This document shows, in pieces, positions 13,870 to 25,740 of a stretch of DNA of 64,000 nt (position 1 is its first letter; each line of letters starts with the position of its first letter). Origin of the DNA: Mobula hypostoma (taxonomy: Eukaryota). The translations under genes were made by a program, and so were the position numbers. The notes under the pieces were generated by a model, which saw only the letters and a list, made by a program, of their open reading frames with translations, was not told the DNA's origin and made no database searches. The stretch is taken from contig NC_086097.1 of the NCBI RefSeq assembly GCF_963921235.1, forward strand, positions 131,318,001 through 131,382,000, in the 5' to 3' direction.

Positions 13870-14000
13870 GAACATAAGAAATAGGAGCAAGAGTAGGCCA
13901 TCTGGGCCATCAAGCATGCTTCGCCAATTAATAAGATCATGACTGATCTGGCCATGGACTCATCTCCACCTGCCTGCCTTTTCCCCATAACCCATAATGT
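13870..14000 (-). mobile_element. CR1 3' end fragment
   Basis: aacataagaaataggagcaagagtaggccat... CR1 3' UTR. Confidence 0.7.
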
Positions 14001-14171
14001 CAAGCCTGCTCCACCAGTTAGCTGATCAGATGTTTGGCCTCAGTGCTCTTTATGAGATACCCTAAAACTGTGGTTCACGACAGAGCATGTCAGAATTGCA
14101 ATGCCTTGGGATGACGAATTACAGAGATTCAAAACTCTCTGAGGGAAAGAGTTCCCTCTCACCTTGTCATA

Positions 14172-14797
14172 ATGAGAAGAGAAGATGGCGGTGCGACGCA
14201 GTGCACAGCGGCCACTCCGGAATGAATATCTGTGATCTCTCAAGTAGGATGCCGTGCACAATCCTGATTTGATGGAGACGGACGTGCGAAGCATGGAGGA
14301 GCGTCTGTTGAAACTTCTGAAATGCCTGTTTCACTGCCGCTGCTACTGTACGATCCAGAATCTCCAGAGGGGAATGCCCCGAATCCTCGGCTTTGCCTGT
14401 TACTTGGCAGCCGGGGCCAGGGTCGAAGCGCTCGGTGCTCGGTGTCGGAGGGCTGGTCGGAGGCTGAAAGTTTTTGGACGGACTCAGAGTCGGCTGCTGC
14501 ATCGGCAAGTTTGTGGCGTTGGAGGTTCATGGCAGGAAGAGTTTTTCTTCCTTCTACCATCTGTGTGAGATGATGGGGCTATCGGGACTTTGAGACTTTT
14601 TTTTACCGTGCCCATGGTCTGCTGTTTATCAAATTATGGTATTGCTTTGCACTGTTGTAACTATATGTTATAATTATGTGTTTTTTGTCAGTTTTAGTCT
14701 TGGTCTGTCTTGTGTTTCTGTGATATCATACTGGAGGAACATAGTATCATTTCTTAAAGCATGCATTACTAAACGACAATAAACGAGGACTGAGTGT
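14172..14797 (+). mobile_element. Non-autonomous LINE-derived element (about 630 bp, CpG-rich), copy 1
   Basis: Starts gaagatggcgg, ends aataaacgaggactgagtgt; reverse-complement homolog of 43076-43739; no conserved coding frame. Confidence 0.8.
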
Positions 14798-14979
14798 AAT
14801 AGAGTGAGGTAGTGTTGGGATTTTTCTGGTTGGTTGAAGAGGTTATTGGTTTAGTATTGTCACATATAAAAGCTTTTGTTTGCCACCCAGACAGATCATT
14901 CCATCTTTAAGTATGCGGAGGAAGTATAGAAGGATAAACAATAAAAGGATGCACATGAAAGTGTTTCATTTACAGAGGA

Positions 14980-15280
14980 AGATGGTAGTGGCGAAGAAGC
15001 TGCTGTTGGATCTTGAGCAGTGGTCTTCAGGCTCCTGCACCTCCTGCCCGATGGCACCATCTAGAAAGGACTTGGCCCGGATGGTGGAGGTCGCTTTCCT
15101 GAGACATTGCCTCTTGTAGATGCCTTCAGTGGTAGGGAGGGCTGTAGCCATGATTAAAATGGCTAAATCCACTGCTCTCTGTAGCCTCTTGGAGTCCTGT
15201 GCATCGGAATTTCCATACCAGGCCAAAATGCGACCAGTAGAATGCTTTCCACTGTACAGCTGCAGAAGTTTGTTAGACTC
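14980..15280 (-). mobile_element. Rex1/Babar-type LINE fragment
   Basis: AWYGNSDAQDSKRLQRAV..EGIYKRQCLRKATS. Confidence 0.65.
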
Positions 15281-15479
15281 CATGAAACAGAGGCTAAAGG
15301 TTTCCCAAGCTGACTGAAGTCCATAGGATTAAGGGGATGCCAGAAGAGGAGCCAGTAGGTACACTGGACAGACTTGACAGGCTGAATAGCCTTTGCCCCT
15401 TACTGGTTAATAGGCAGAGCTGATTTAAAGATTATTACAGTAATTACATGCAGAGCCTCTTTTGAACAATTTAAAAATG

Positions 15480-16086
15480 AGCAACACAAACAAAATACAG
15501 GAACTCAGCAGGTCAGGCAGCATCTACAGAAATTAATAAACAGTCAATGTTTTGGGCCGAGACCCTTCATCAGGACTGAAAAGGAAGGGGAAATTGTCAG
15601 ATAAGAAGTTTGGGGGAGGGGAAGGAGGACAAGCTAGAAGGTGATAGGAGAAGCCAGGTGGGTGTTGAAGGAAGAAGCTGGGAAGTGATAGGTGGAAAAG
15701 GTAAAGGCGAGAAGTGGGAATCTGATAGGAGAGAAGAGTGGACTATGGGAGAAATGGAAGGAGGTGGGGCTCTAGGGTGAGGTGATAGGCAGGGGTGGAA
15801 GAGAGGTAAGAGGCCAGAGTGGGCAATTGAAAAGAGGGAGAGGGGGTAATTACTGGAATTTGGAGAAATTTATGTTCATGCCATCAGGTTGGAGACCACC
15901 TAGATGGAACATGAGGAGTTGCTCCTCCAATCTGAGAGTGGTCTCATCGCGGCAGGAGAGGAGGCCATGTATTGACATGTCAGAATTGGAATGGGGATAG
16001 GAGTTAAAATTGGGGCCACCGGGAATTTTGTGGATGGAGTAGAAGTACTCAACAATGCAGTCCCCCATTCTATGCTGGGTCTCACT
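15480..16086 (-). mobile_element. Penelope-like element 3' part: GIY-YIG endonuclease C-terminus plus pseudo-LTR with hammerhead motif
   Basis: ORF 15850-16068 FNSYPHSNSDMSIHGLLSCRDETTLRLEEQLLMFHLGGLQPDGMNINFS is typical of the PLE GIY-YIG tail; pyrimidine-rich UTR; hammerhead-like motif at 15541-15578. Confidence 0.85.
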
Positions 16087-16584
16087 AAAAATGAATAGGA
16101 CTTATTAATGGTGCAATTGATAAAGAATAATAAACAGCAAATATGCCATTAACTTTTTGGGCATATGTTTAAAATTTTAGAAATAGAAATCACATTATAA
16201 TGTTTCTTTTTTTGGAAACGAATAAAAGGGATCATTTTGTCTGTGGATGTTATGTATGTGACAATTTTCCTTCCATGATGAGGTCAGATAAGATATCAAT
16301 ATTGATTACCATAACCAAACATGATTCCATTCGTTGGTGCCTCATTTCAATATGATGACTTTTTCACTAATTTCTGGGCATCTTCCCTTCTTGATTTTTT
16401 TGCGTGAGGGTTTAACCTTTTCCTAGAGGGTAGAAGATATGGATATTGTTGGGGAACGCTGGGGGCATGGGGAAAGGGACGATGTTAAGGATGGGGATAG
16501 TTTAGGGGATTATGTATAGGGACAGCAATGTGATTTGCTATGGGGTAGAAAATAAGGACAGGAATCACAAGAGAGAGGCTGCAG

Positions 16585-16885
16585 AAACAAGAGAAAATCT
16601 GCAGATGCTGGAAATCTGAACAACATACATAAAATGTTGAAGGAACTCAACAGGCCAGGCAGCATCTATGGAAAAAAGTCCAGTCGATGTTACAGGCCAA
16701 AACCCTTCGGCAGGACGGGAGAAAAAAAAAACTGAGGGGTAGATTTGAAAGGTGGGAGGAGGGGCAGATGCTGGAAGCAGCAGTAACACACGAAATGCTG
16801 GAGCAACTCAGTGGATTGAGCAGCATCTGTGGTGGGACTTGGGCAATTAGCCATTCAATCCTCCAGTATTTTTTGTGTTGCTAGG
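16585..16885 (-). mobile_element. Penelope-like termini
   Basis: gaaaatctgcagatgctggaaatc..ggaactcaacaggccaggcagcatc and a decayed hammerhead motif at 16681-16718. Confidence 0.7.
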
Positions 16886-17856
16886 AATTGAAATAGTGGG
16901 AATGGGATAAGGATAGAATTATGTTCACCATTAGGGATCATGGCGATGAGAGTTGAGGGAGTCATTCTCTCCAGGAGGAACACACGTGTCTTGGGGTTTG
17001 AAGGTGCTCATTTAAACTCTGGCTATTGTAGAAGAGGCAACATTAGAAATGAAGATGGGAATTGTATAGCAAACACTGACCCAGTATTGCTTGTTTGACA
17101 CTAACGAGTATTGCCAAAGCATTGACGGAAAACTATGAGAAACTGTGAGAGCTAATACAGCTTTAAAGATACAGTTTTATCTCCAATGTGTAGATGAAAA
17201 GCAGCCTGACTATTTCCATTGTATGGTACAGACACACAGGAAGCATATTGAGTCTTTACTGGCTGGTCTAAGTGAACACTGAATGCACTGCACTTCCTCT
17301 GCAGCTTTTAAAATTATGTAAATACTGTATATCCACTTATGTAACTTTGGGCAAAAATAGTCTCATTGAACTGTAAAATGCTGTATATTTTAAAACGAAA
17401 ATAAACAGAGAGGTGCAGAAACATTTGTAGTCGGCTGAGCGTTTAGATTTAACATCCAGCAAAGAACTAAAGAAACATTATTGCCTGGAAATCTGTTCAG
17501 CTTAAACAGACTAATATTAAGAACTGGGACGAATTTCAGAGGGAGAGGCAACTTGTTGACACAGCTACGTAATGCATTTCATTTTGCCATCTCAGATGAA
17601 TCTCCGGACAGATTTGTTTTTGGGTGTATTTGTTTCCCTTTAGCCATTTTGCTCAATGTGTTGGGTTACTAAATAAGTTATTTATGTTCAAACTCATAAC
17701 TATGTTTTCCTTGGGGTTATTTCTGTTTAATGTTACTTCTATTTTATAAAGCGTGAATTTGTAATGTAATGAGATTATTAAATTGAATTCATGAACTATA
17801 AATTACAAATATTCCATTTAAAAAATGTTCTCTTTTATCTCTTTCATCTGTCTTAG

Positions 17857-17895
17857 ACAATGTGGCATTGTAGTTGACTACAAGGCAAAGAGTAT
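17857..17895 (+). CDS. Candidate 39-nt internal micro-exon of an unidentified host gene (xQCGIVVDYKAKS)
   Basis: Strong acceptor ttctcttttatctctttcatctgtcttag; donor AT|gtaagg (alternative GA|gtatgt at 17891); only one open frame; lies in about 1 kb of apparently repeat-free DNA. Confidence 0.35.
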
Positions 17896-18124
17896 GTAAG
17901 GTTTTGGGTATCTTTAGTTTCCTTCTTCTATGGCAGGCTCTGTGGTTTTGCACTCATTGCCTTCGCGTGCCACTGTGTTTTTAAGAGAATTTTATGCACT
18001 AGTAGATTTTGAGTGAGTGCCCACAAGTCTGTTTTAAACTGTGAGCAAATACCAAATTTTTCTATTCATAACTAATTCAGAACAAACTCATAATTTAAAA
18101 TAACATTAGCGACAGCTCTAGCTA

Positions 18125-19030
18125 CTGAATTTGTACTTCACATTGGTATTTACCAAGGAGGAAACATGGAGGATAGTGAAATCAGGGAGGGTTATGTTGG
18201 TACATGTGGAGATCAAGAAGGAGGAGGTGTTGGGTCTCTTGAAGGATATTAAATTAGATGTCCCCAGGGCCTCATAGGATCTACCCCAGGTTATTGAGGG
18301 AGGCAAGAGCAGAGATTCTTTACAGAGATCTTTGTATCCTGTTTAGCCACGTGCGAAATCTCTGAGGACTGGAGAATAGCCAGTTTTGTTCTTTTGTTTA
18401 AGAAAGGCAATTGGGATTTTCCAGCTAATTATAAGACTGTGAGTCTTTCATCAGAGATGGGAAAATTATTGGAGAAGGTTCTAAAGGACAGTATTTTAAA
18501 TAAAACATGGACTAATTAAGGATCGTCAGCACAGTTTTGTGATTAGTGCATGGTCACCACATTACATGAAGTTTATGCAGGCTTTGGAGGGGGTCACCAG
18601 GATGTTGCTGGGTTGGAAAGTATTAGCTATAAGGAGAGATTGGACAAATTTGGAATGCTTTCTTTGGCATGTCAAAGGCTGAGGGCTGATTTCATGGAAG
18701 TATATTTATAGATAATGAGAGACATAGATGGCCAGGCTCTTTAACATAGGATAGAAATGTCAAATATCAGAGGGCATAGCCTGAAGGTGAGAGGGGAAAG
18801 TTTAATGTGGATTTGTGAGGAAAGTTTTTTTCTTACACTGAGTGTGGTAGAGCCTGGAACATGCTGTAAGAGGAAGTGGAGGAAGCATATACAACAACAA
18901 TGTTTTAGAGGCATTTAGACAGATCCAAGAGCAGGTGAAAAATGGATGGATATACAATGTAGATGGGATTGTTTTTATCTGGCATCAAGTTTGGTCAGCA
19001 TTGGTGTCATGGGTGCAAAGGCCGGTTCCT
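18125..19030 (+). mobile_element. Degraded, internally deleted CR1 ORF2 and 3' UTR
   Basis: gaggactggagaatagcc..tttaagaaaggc..aattataagactgtgagtct (EDWR-A..FKKG..NYRPVSL-like) followed by the 3' region. Confidence 0.75.
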
Positions 19031-19921
19031 GAAAGGTTTGTCTCCTGTGCAACAAGTTGGCTGTCTTAACGTTCAGTTATGCCTTAGGACACCTTGTTAA
19101 TATAATCCACAGTTAGAGCTGAAGTTAGACATGTACAGTCGCAGAAGATTGGTTATCACCACAAGAATTTATCCTACAAATGAACAGTTGGTTGTCTATC
19201 ATATCCAACAATCACAGGTGACTTGTGTGGGAGTTTTTAAAGTGGGAAAAAGCCACTGTACTGGGGTAGTTCCACTCTCTTGACCTCAGCAATTCAGCTC
19301 CAGTGGTATGAATAGTCATCACGAACTGGGGTCTTTCTTGATTACAGTGAATGACCCTGACTTCTTCTGTGCCTTGTAGAACCCTTCATTCTCCACCAAG
19401 TGTTGCAGAACCACCCTCCTGGCCATTGGATCTCACTGTTGATCTCATTCGCTCAGTCCACCAGAGCTGAATTCACATGCTAGGACAGGCAAGTTCCTAC
19501 CTCACTGGGGTATGAGGTCTGCCAGCTACCCGTACCAGGTTTAGCCCGCCAGTCGAAGTGGTGTACCCAGATTTGGCTGCTGTCTCATGCAAACATCTAC
19601 TTGGAGCTGCAGGTAAGAGCTTTTGGGTGGGGCCCAAAAATGAGTGAATTGCCCCAGAATGGACATGACAAGCCCTTTCACCTGAGGTGCTACTGCCCCC
19701 TGGACGCCCCATATGCCTGACAAATAAATAAACATTTATTATCCCTCTCTTTCTACTTATTTCCTTTAAGCTGCCTAAAGGCTGGAAGTGTTACTTCACT
19801 TCAGAATAAGGTGGGTTGGAATGTGGATTTTAGAATGGGTGGGTCAAGTACTATGGATGCTTTCAAGAAGTTGCTGGGTACCTGAGGGAGGAAGGACTAG
19901 GAAGATATACTGAGTTAGTTA

Positions 19922-20235
19922 TAAGACCATAAGACAATAAGATATTGGAGCAGAAGTAGGCCATTTGGCCCATTGAGTCTGCTCTGCCATTCAATCATGG
20001 CTGATCCAATTCTTCCAGTCATTCCAACTCCCCTGCCTTCTCCCCATACCCTTTGATGCCCTGGTTAATCAGAAACCTACCTATCTCTGCCTTAAATGCA
20101 CCCAATGACTTGGCCTCCACAGCCGCTCATGGCAACAAATTCCACAGATTTACCACCCCCTGACTAAAGTAATTTCTCTGCAACTCTGTTCTAAATGGAT
20201 GTCCTTCAATCCTGAAGTCGTGCCCTCTTGTCCTA
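19922..20235 (-). mobile_element. CR1 3' fragment
   Basis: taagaccataagac tail; 3' UTR and antisense of RGHDFRIEGHPFRTE. Confidence 0.8.
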
Positions 20236-21489
20236 GTTGGATGAGCCAGTGATGAAAAAAGGCCCAGGAATGCTGGAGATGACTGGTATGAAAATTCTGT
20301 CACTTTGCTTCAAAATTCTATATAATATGCTTGCTTCTCTAACATCCAAGTATAATTAAAATTCATGGCATTTGTACTGAATTTTATCATTTTGGCCATG
20401 TACTGAGCTTTGTTGTATATGCTTTCAGTAATTTCCATAACTAACCATGGCAGAAAATGAAAATTCCACTGGAGGTGGGGTAAGGGGAACTGATGTTAAA
20501 TTAACTTGAAGAAACAAAACCTAAAGAGCACAGAATTTGGATGGGTTATGACATTTTACAGTGTTTTACGACAATCTTCATTCATAGAGTTTACTGATAA
20601 ATTGGTTAAATGTGGAGTACTTAATGTCAGCCATGTATTTCAAAATTAAATTTGTAAGTATTCAAAAATTTGCATGGGTTACGCAAGAATAGTTCAACTG
20701 AATTTGTTAAAGGCAAATTGTGCTTGCAAATCTAATGAGTGTGTGAAAATTGCATTTGAATGTGTATTGGCATTTGGGCACTACATTGCAATTGGTATGT
20801 ATGATTGGTACTGGACTGAAACTATGCAGAGAGGGAAATTGCAATGTCAATTGATACACTGTACTGATTCAATATGGGAGTAGGTGGTGTTCTTTTCAGA
20901 GTTCTTTGCTGTTGCTAAAATCTCACCCAAACTCTTCTGCTCTCTATTCATGAACTTAACATTTGGACGACCACAGAACTGCTTAAGCTTGGAGAGCTTC
21001 TGACAAACCTCTCTGAAATACATGAGCATTTTGAAATTACATGTATTGAACTCACTTTCTACTTCTCTTCCAGAAAATTAGGATTCTTCTGCAGCAACTC
21101 CACTAAATTTGTCAAACACAACTTGCCCTTAACTAGTTCACCTCAGCTGTTCTTGATTAAGCTTTGCAAATTTTAAATGTTTACTAAAATATTCTTGAAA
21201 TAGACAGCTCCAAGAGTTTATCTTAAGTTGACAGTAGAGAAACTCCAAAAAAAAATCCCCTGGGTGAATACAGCCAATTTGCCCATTCTAGTTAATCCAT
21301 CGAGAAAGAGTTGAAAGGCATATAATTACTTCTTAAATGATTCCATATTATTTTCACCTTGATTGTTAGCAGTCGTTCAGTGTATATCATCCTTCCCTTT
21401 GAGCTTGAATGTTGTGTGTTCATGATCCACTTCAGAAACCTAAGCACAACTATCTAGACTGATGCCAAATTGTGTTACCGAGGGAGCCC

Positions 21490-22200
21490 TTGAGTCCTAG
21501 CATCGGTTGTGGTTGACTGCGGCTGCTGCGTCCCAGCTGCTTATGTGATATGCAAGTTAGGGCACAACGATGTGGAGAGCAAGCTGATGCCCGCGTGTTT
21601 GGCTCCCCCGCTCCATGCAGCTGGTGAATCCAAATGAATGGCAGTGACCAATAGAGTTTGGCACCACCAACATTGTAGGAGTTACCACTCAGTATTGAAC
21701 TTAACGTAGTATTGAACTTAATGCTTTCAAGAAAGAGATGGATAGAGCTCTTAAAGATAGCGGAATCAGGGGATAAGGCAGGAACTGGATACTGATTGTG
21801 GATGATCAGCCATGATCACAGTGAATGGCGGTGCTGGCTCAAAGGGCCGAATGGCCTACTCCTGCACCTATTGTCTATAGTACTGCCCTAGGGACTCCAG
21901 CTCCAGATTTTTCCTTGGGGTTTACTTATTAAGCCTTGACCATAAGTGGATATAGCTGCAAACCAGCAGAGGTTTGAGATCAGAGTTTTCCTTCTCCTGG
22001 GAGATCTCCTTCTTCCCAAAGCGACTAGTTTTAAGGCACCAGTAACCCACCTTAGGCCCTTCTTCTGTCAGTAGAAACAGTTCTGCCAGGCTTAATAGCT
22101 AAGCCACACATGAAGGCCAGGAGTTGGACTTGGTTGTCAGAGATTATTTGAGATGCACGCCTTTGGGAGCATTTAATATGTGGTCAAACTCTTTTCCCTG
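21490..22200. mobile_element. Probable RTE-related non-autonomous repeat, interrupted by a CR1 3' tip
   Basis: Non-coding repeat-like block; the sequence resumes cleanly across the CR1 insert (cttaacgtagta|ctgccctagg). Family assignment is by recollection only. Confidence 0.4.
21722..21877 (+). mobile_element. Short 5'-truncated CR1 insertion
   Basis: CR1 3' UTR ending ctcctgcacctattgtcta; 5-bp TSD tagta (21707-11 and 21878-82). Confidence 0.8.
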
Positions 22201-22419
22201 CTATAACAACTTTAAGGAAACTGAGTAGTGCACTGTCAGCAATGTTGATGAAGATGTGTAAGAACATATTTCTATACAAGGTATGACAATTTCTTCAAGA
22301 TTGATTTGTCCTGGCTGACACTTACTCCTCAGCCAACAGTAATTAAAATAGGTTGCAGGCTGCCATTTTTGGGAACTTCCTCTGAACAACTTGACTGCAG
22401 TAATAATTATAACCTGCAA

Positions 22420-22730
22420 GCCCACTATGGGGTAAATTGAGAAATCAAGAATGTATCTTGAAATAACCCAGTCAAGAGTCTTATAAAAGCAGGATAGAAT
22501 TTGGCCTTGAGCTTGTTGAACGTGTCCTGATGCTTTTGTGTTTTCTGCCCGATGAAACGAAGGAGAAGAGAGAATGTCATGGTGGGAGGGGTCTTTGATT
22601 ATGTTGGTTGCAAGGCAGTGAGAAGGCATAGAGTCAAAGGAGGGGTGGCTGCTTTTCATGATAGACTGAGCTGTGTCCATAACTCTACAATTTCTTTCGT
22701 GCATACTTGGGCAGAGCAGTTGCCAGACCG
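22420..22730 (-). mobile_element. Rex1/Babar-type LINE remnant
   Basis: RVMDTAQSIMKSS..NIIKDPSH in ORF 22201-22704. Confidence 0.55.
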
Positions 22731-23069
22731 TACATGTGACATTGATAAGTTAGTACCAATTATCAGTATGTCAAAGATGTATCATATTGGTTATAACAGA
22801 AGAAGAAAAACTGCATATTTTGGAGTTTGCTGGGTGTCTCCAGTATTATCTTCTGCTTCAATTTTCAGCATCTGCAAGCTACATTCCAACTGTTGTCATA
22901 CAGTCAAGCACAGCAAGATCCCACATTAAGGTAATGAAGTATTGACTGATTAGTTAGGTTTTCAGTAACACAGAGGGAGGGATAAATTTGGACAAAAGGT
23001 TGGGAGGAACCTTGCAATTCATAATTGTTCCATGGGATTTTTTTATTGTGTGGGTGTTCAGTCAGATAG

Positions 23070-23430
23070 TAATCATCATTATCAGCCGTGTCATTATGAT
23101 GTAAGGAATCATGGTGACCATGATAGTTCTTGGCAAATTTTTCTACAGAAGTGGTTTGCCATTGCCTTCTTCTGGGCAGTGTCTCTGTAAGACGGGTGAC
23201 CCCAGCCATTATCAATGCTCTTAAGAAATTGTCTGCCTGTTGTCAGTGGTCCCATAACCAGGGACTTGTGATATACATCATCTGCTCATACGACCTGCTC
23301 CCATGGCTTTATGTTACCCTGACTGGGGTCTAAGCAGGTGCTACACCTTGCCCAAGGATGATCTGCAGTCTAATGGAGGGAAGGAGCATCTTACACCTCT
23401 TTTGGTAGAGACATATCTCTATCCCACCAC
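23070..23430 (-). mobile_element. SINE with RTE/BovB-like tail
   Basis: Contains gaagtggtttgccattgccttct, resembling the RTE-BovB/Sauria-SINE 3' motif, next to a (TCA)n-like end. Confidence 0.5.
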
Positions 23431-23949
23431 ATATAGTTTAATGTCTCATAAAAAAAGAGGACAGTACAGCACTCCCTTGTTACTACTGAGTTATGGAGTC
23501 ATAGATTTGTATAGCACAGAAACTGGGCTCTTTGGCCTCATGCCAAACTTTTTGTCCATCTATACTAATCTTCTGGTGTTGTTCTCTTGTGTTTATCAGG
23601 AAGGGTATTTTTTCCCCAATCTTTGTTGATCCTAGGTGAGTGTAGTGATGGAAAAAGGACAATTGGGCCACATGATCTCTTGGCTATAATGCCCAAGGTC
23701 ATATTCAACATGTCAAAATTCTTGGTAATAGCTAAAATACATGAGGGGAGGGTTCTCTGATGAAGTCTCATGCGGCACAGCAGCAGGTTGAGGTAAAATT
23801 TGATAACTCTTTCTCAGCCTCAACACTTCTTATTAAATTCTATTGGCATCTAGAGGAATAGGAGGAGGCAGCCCAGACAGTCATATCTGTTTGGTTTGAT
23901 CTGGGCTGAACTAAACTGTAACTCCATCTGACTGCCTTGGTCCCATCAT

Positions 23950-24720
23950 CATAGAACCATAGAACACTACAGCACAGAAAACAGGCCATTTGGCCCTTCT
24001 AGTCTGTGCCAAAACATTATTCCACTAGTCCCATTATTCCGCAGCCCGTCCATAACCCTCTAGACCTCTCCCATCCATATACTTATCCAATTTATTCTTA
24101 AAACTTAAGAGTGAGCCCGCATTTACCACGTCAGGTGGCAGCTCGTTCCACACTCCCACCACTCTGAGTGAAGAAGTTTCCCCCAATGTTCCCCGTAAAC
24201 CCATGTCCTCTCATATTTATCTCTCCTAATCTAAGTGGAAAGAGCCTATTCACATTTACTCTGTCTATACCCCTCATAATTTTGTAAACCTCTAACAAAT
24301 CTCCCCTTATTCTTCTACACTCCAAGGAATTAAGTTCTAACCTGTTCAATCTTTCCCTGTAACTCAACTCCTGAAGACCCGGCAACATCCGAATAAATCT
24401 CTGCACTCTTTCAATCTTACTGATATCCTTCCTATAGTTAGGTAACCAGAACTGTACATAATACTCCAAATTTGGCCTCACCAGTGTCTCATATAACCTC
24501 CTCACAACATCCTAACTCTATACTCAGTACTTTGATTTATGAATGCCAGGATACCAGAAGCTTTCTTTACAACCCTGTCTACCTGTGACGCCACTTTCAG
24601 GGAATTATGTATCAGAACTCCCAGACCTCTTTGTTCCTCCGCACGCCTCAGTGCCCTACCATTTACTGTGTATGTCCTACCTTGATTTGTCCTTCCAAAA
24701 TGTAACACCTCACACTTGTA
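23950..24720 (-). mobile_element. 5'-truncated CR1 LINE
   Basis: KCEVLHFGRTN..LYETLVRPNLEYYVQFW..ELSYRERLNRLEL; catagaaccatagaa tail. Confidence 0.88.
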
Positions 24721-24834
24721 CCTCATCGTTCATATCCTTGCCTGACACCAATCTGTCAAATGATGCCCAGCCTTTGAGCAAGTACTTTGGATTTTGTGAG
24801 AAGAATTGCTTCCTCTTATCACCCACAACTCTAG

Positions 24835-25120
24835 TGGCCCAGGTTCAATCCTGATGAGGGTACAGCCTGTATGTAGTTTACATACTCTTCCTGTCACCGG
24901 ATGAAATTCCTTTTTTTACTCCGGTTTCCTCTCACATCCCAAAGGCATGTGGGTTGGTAGGTAAATTGGGCAGTGTAAATTGTCCCTAGCATGTAGGTGA
25001 GTGGTAGAATCTGGGGGATAGTTGAGGGGAATGTGGGGAGATTAAATTGAGATTAGTTTACATAGCTGTTTGATGTTCTGAGCTGCAGAACTTGTCTCCA
25101 TGCTGAACGTCTCTGTACCT
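24835..25120 (+). mobile_element. HE1/V-SINE-like element (further copies at about 27710-28005, 30445-30810, 32445-32740, 33750-33980)
   Basis: B-box ggttcaatcc; core ccggtttcctctcacatcccaaagg..ggttggtaggtaaattggg..tgtaaattgtcc. Confidence 0.7.
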
Positions 25121-25159
25121 CTAATACTTTACAAGGGGATTGTGCAATAAGTCAACTCG

Positions 25160-25740
25160 AATACATGGAGTGCTGCACTTCTTCCAGTTTTATACACTAC
25201 ATTGATTGTTCACAATACAGAACACTTCACTATGGAGAGACCAAAAGCAGATTGAGTGACCACTTTGAAGAACCCCGTCACTCAGTACACAAGGGAGACC
25301 CTAAGCTTCTCCTCACACATTGTTTTAGCTTTCCAACCCAATTTGGGTCTGTACTCTATGTCCTCAAACTCCTCCACTGTTCTAATGAAGCCGAAGATAA
25401 ATTATTCCAGCTAAACACATTGTATTTTTCTGGATTTAACACTGTTCAAAAATGCTAGAAAATATTCCCATTTATTGCTGTTCCAGCTTTTGATATATGC
25501 CTTCATTGCCTTTTGCCATTACACCTTCGTTCAGTTCCATCTCTGCTGATTTCCAATTACAAACCTTTCCTTTTTTCTCCACTCTTCCCCCATCTCTCTC
25601 TCTGCACTGTAAAGCTCCTTTCAGGTCTGACTCTTCCCAGTTCTGACAGAGAGTGTATCGACTGTCTATCTCTTCACAGAAGCTGCCTGACCTTCAGCAC
25701 TTCCAGCGTTTCTGGACTTGTGCTGGATTCTCGGCAGAAT
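25160..25740 (+). mobile_element. Degraded Penelope-like element (GIY-YIG remnant plus terminus)
   Basis: YIDCSQ..HYGETKSRLSDHFEE.RHSV resembles the GIY-YIG IYCI.C..YIGET.R.L..RF.EH motif. Confidence 0.65.

Noticed and set aside
14167..14573. Overlapping GC-rich ORFs or CpG-island promoter (also 43115-43755)
   Set aside because: They belong to a dispersed repeat present twice; reading frames are not conserved between the copies.
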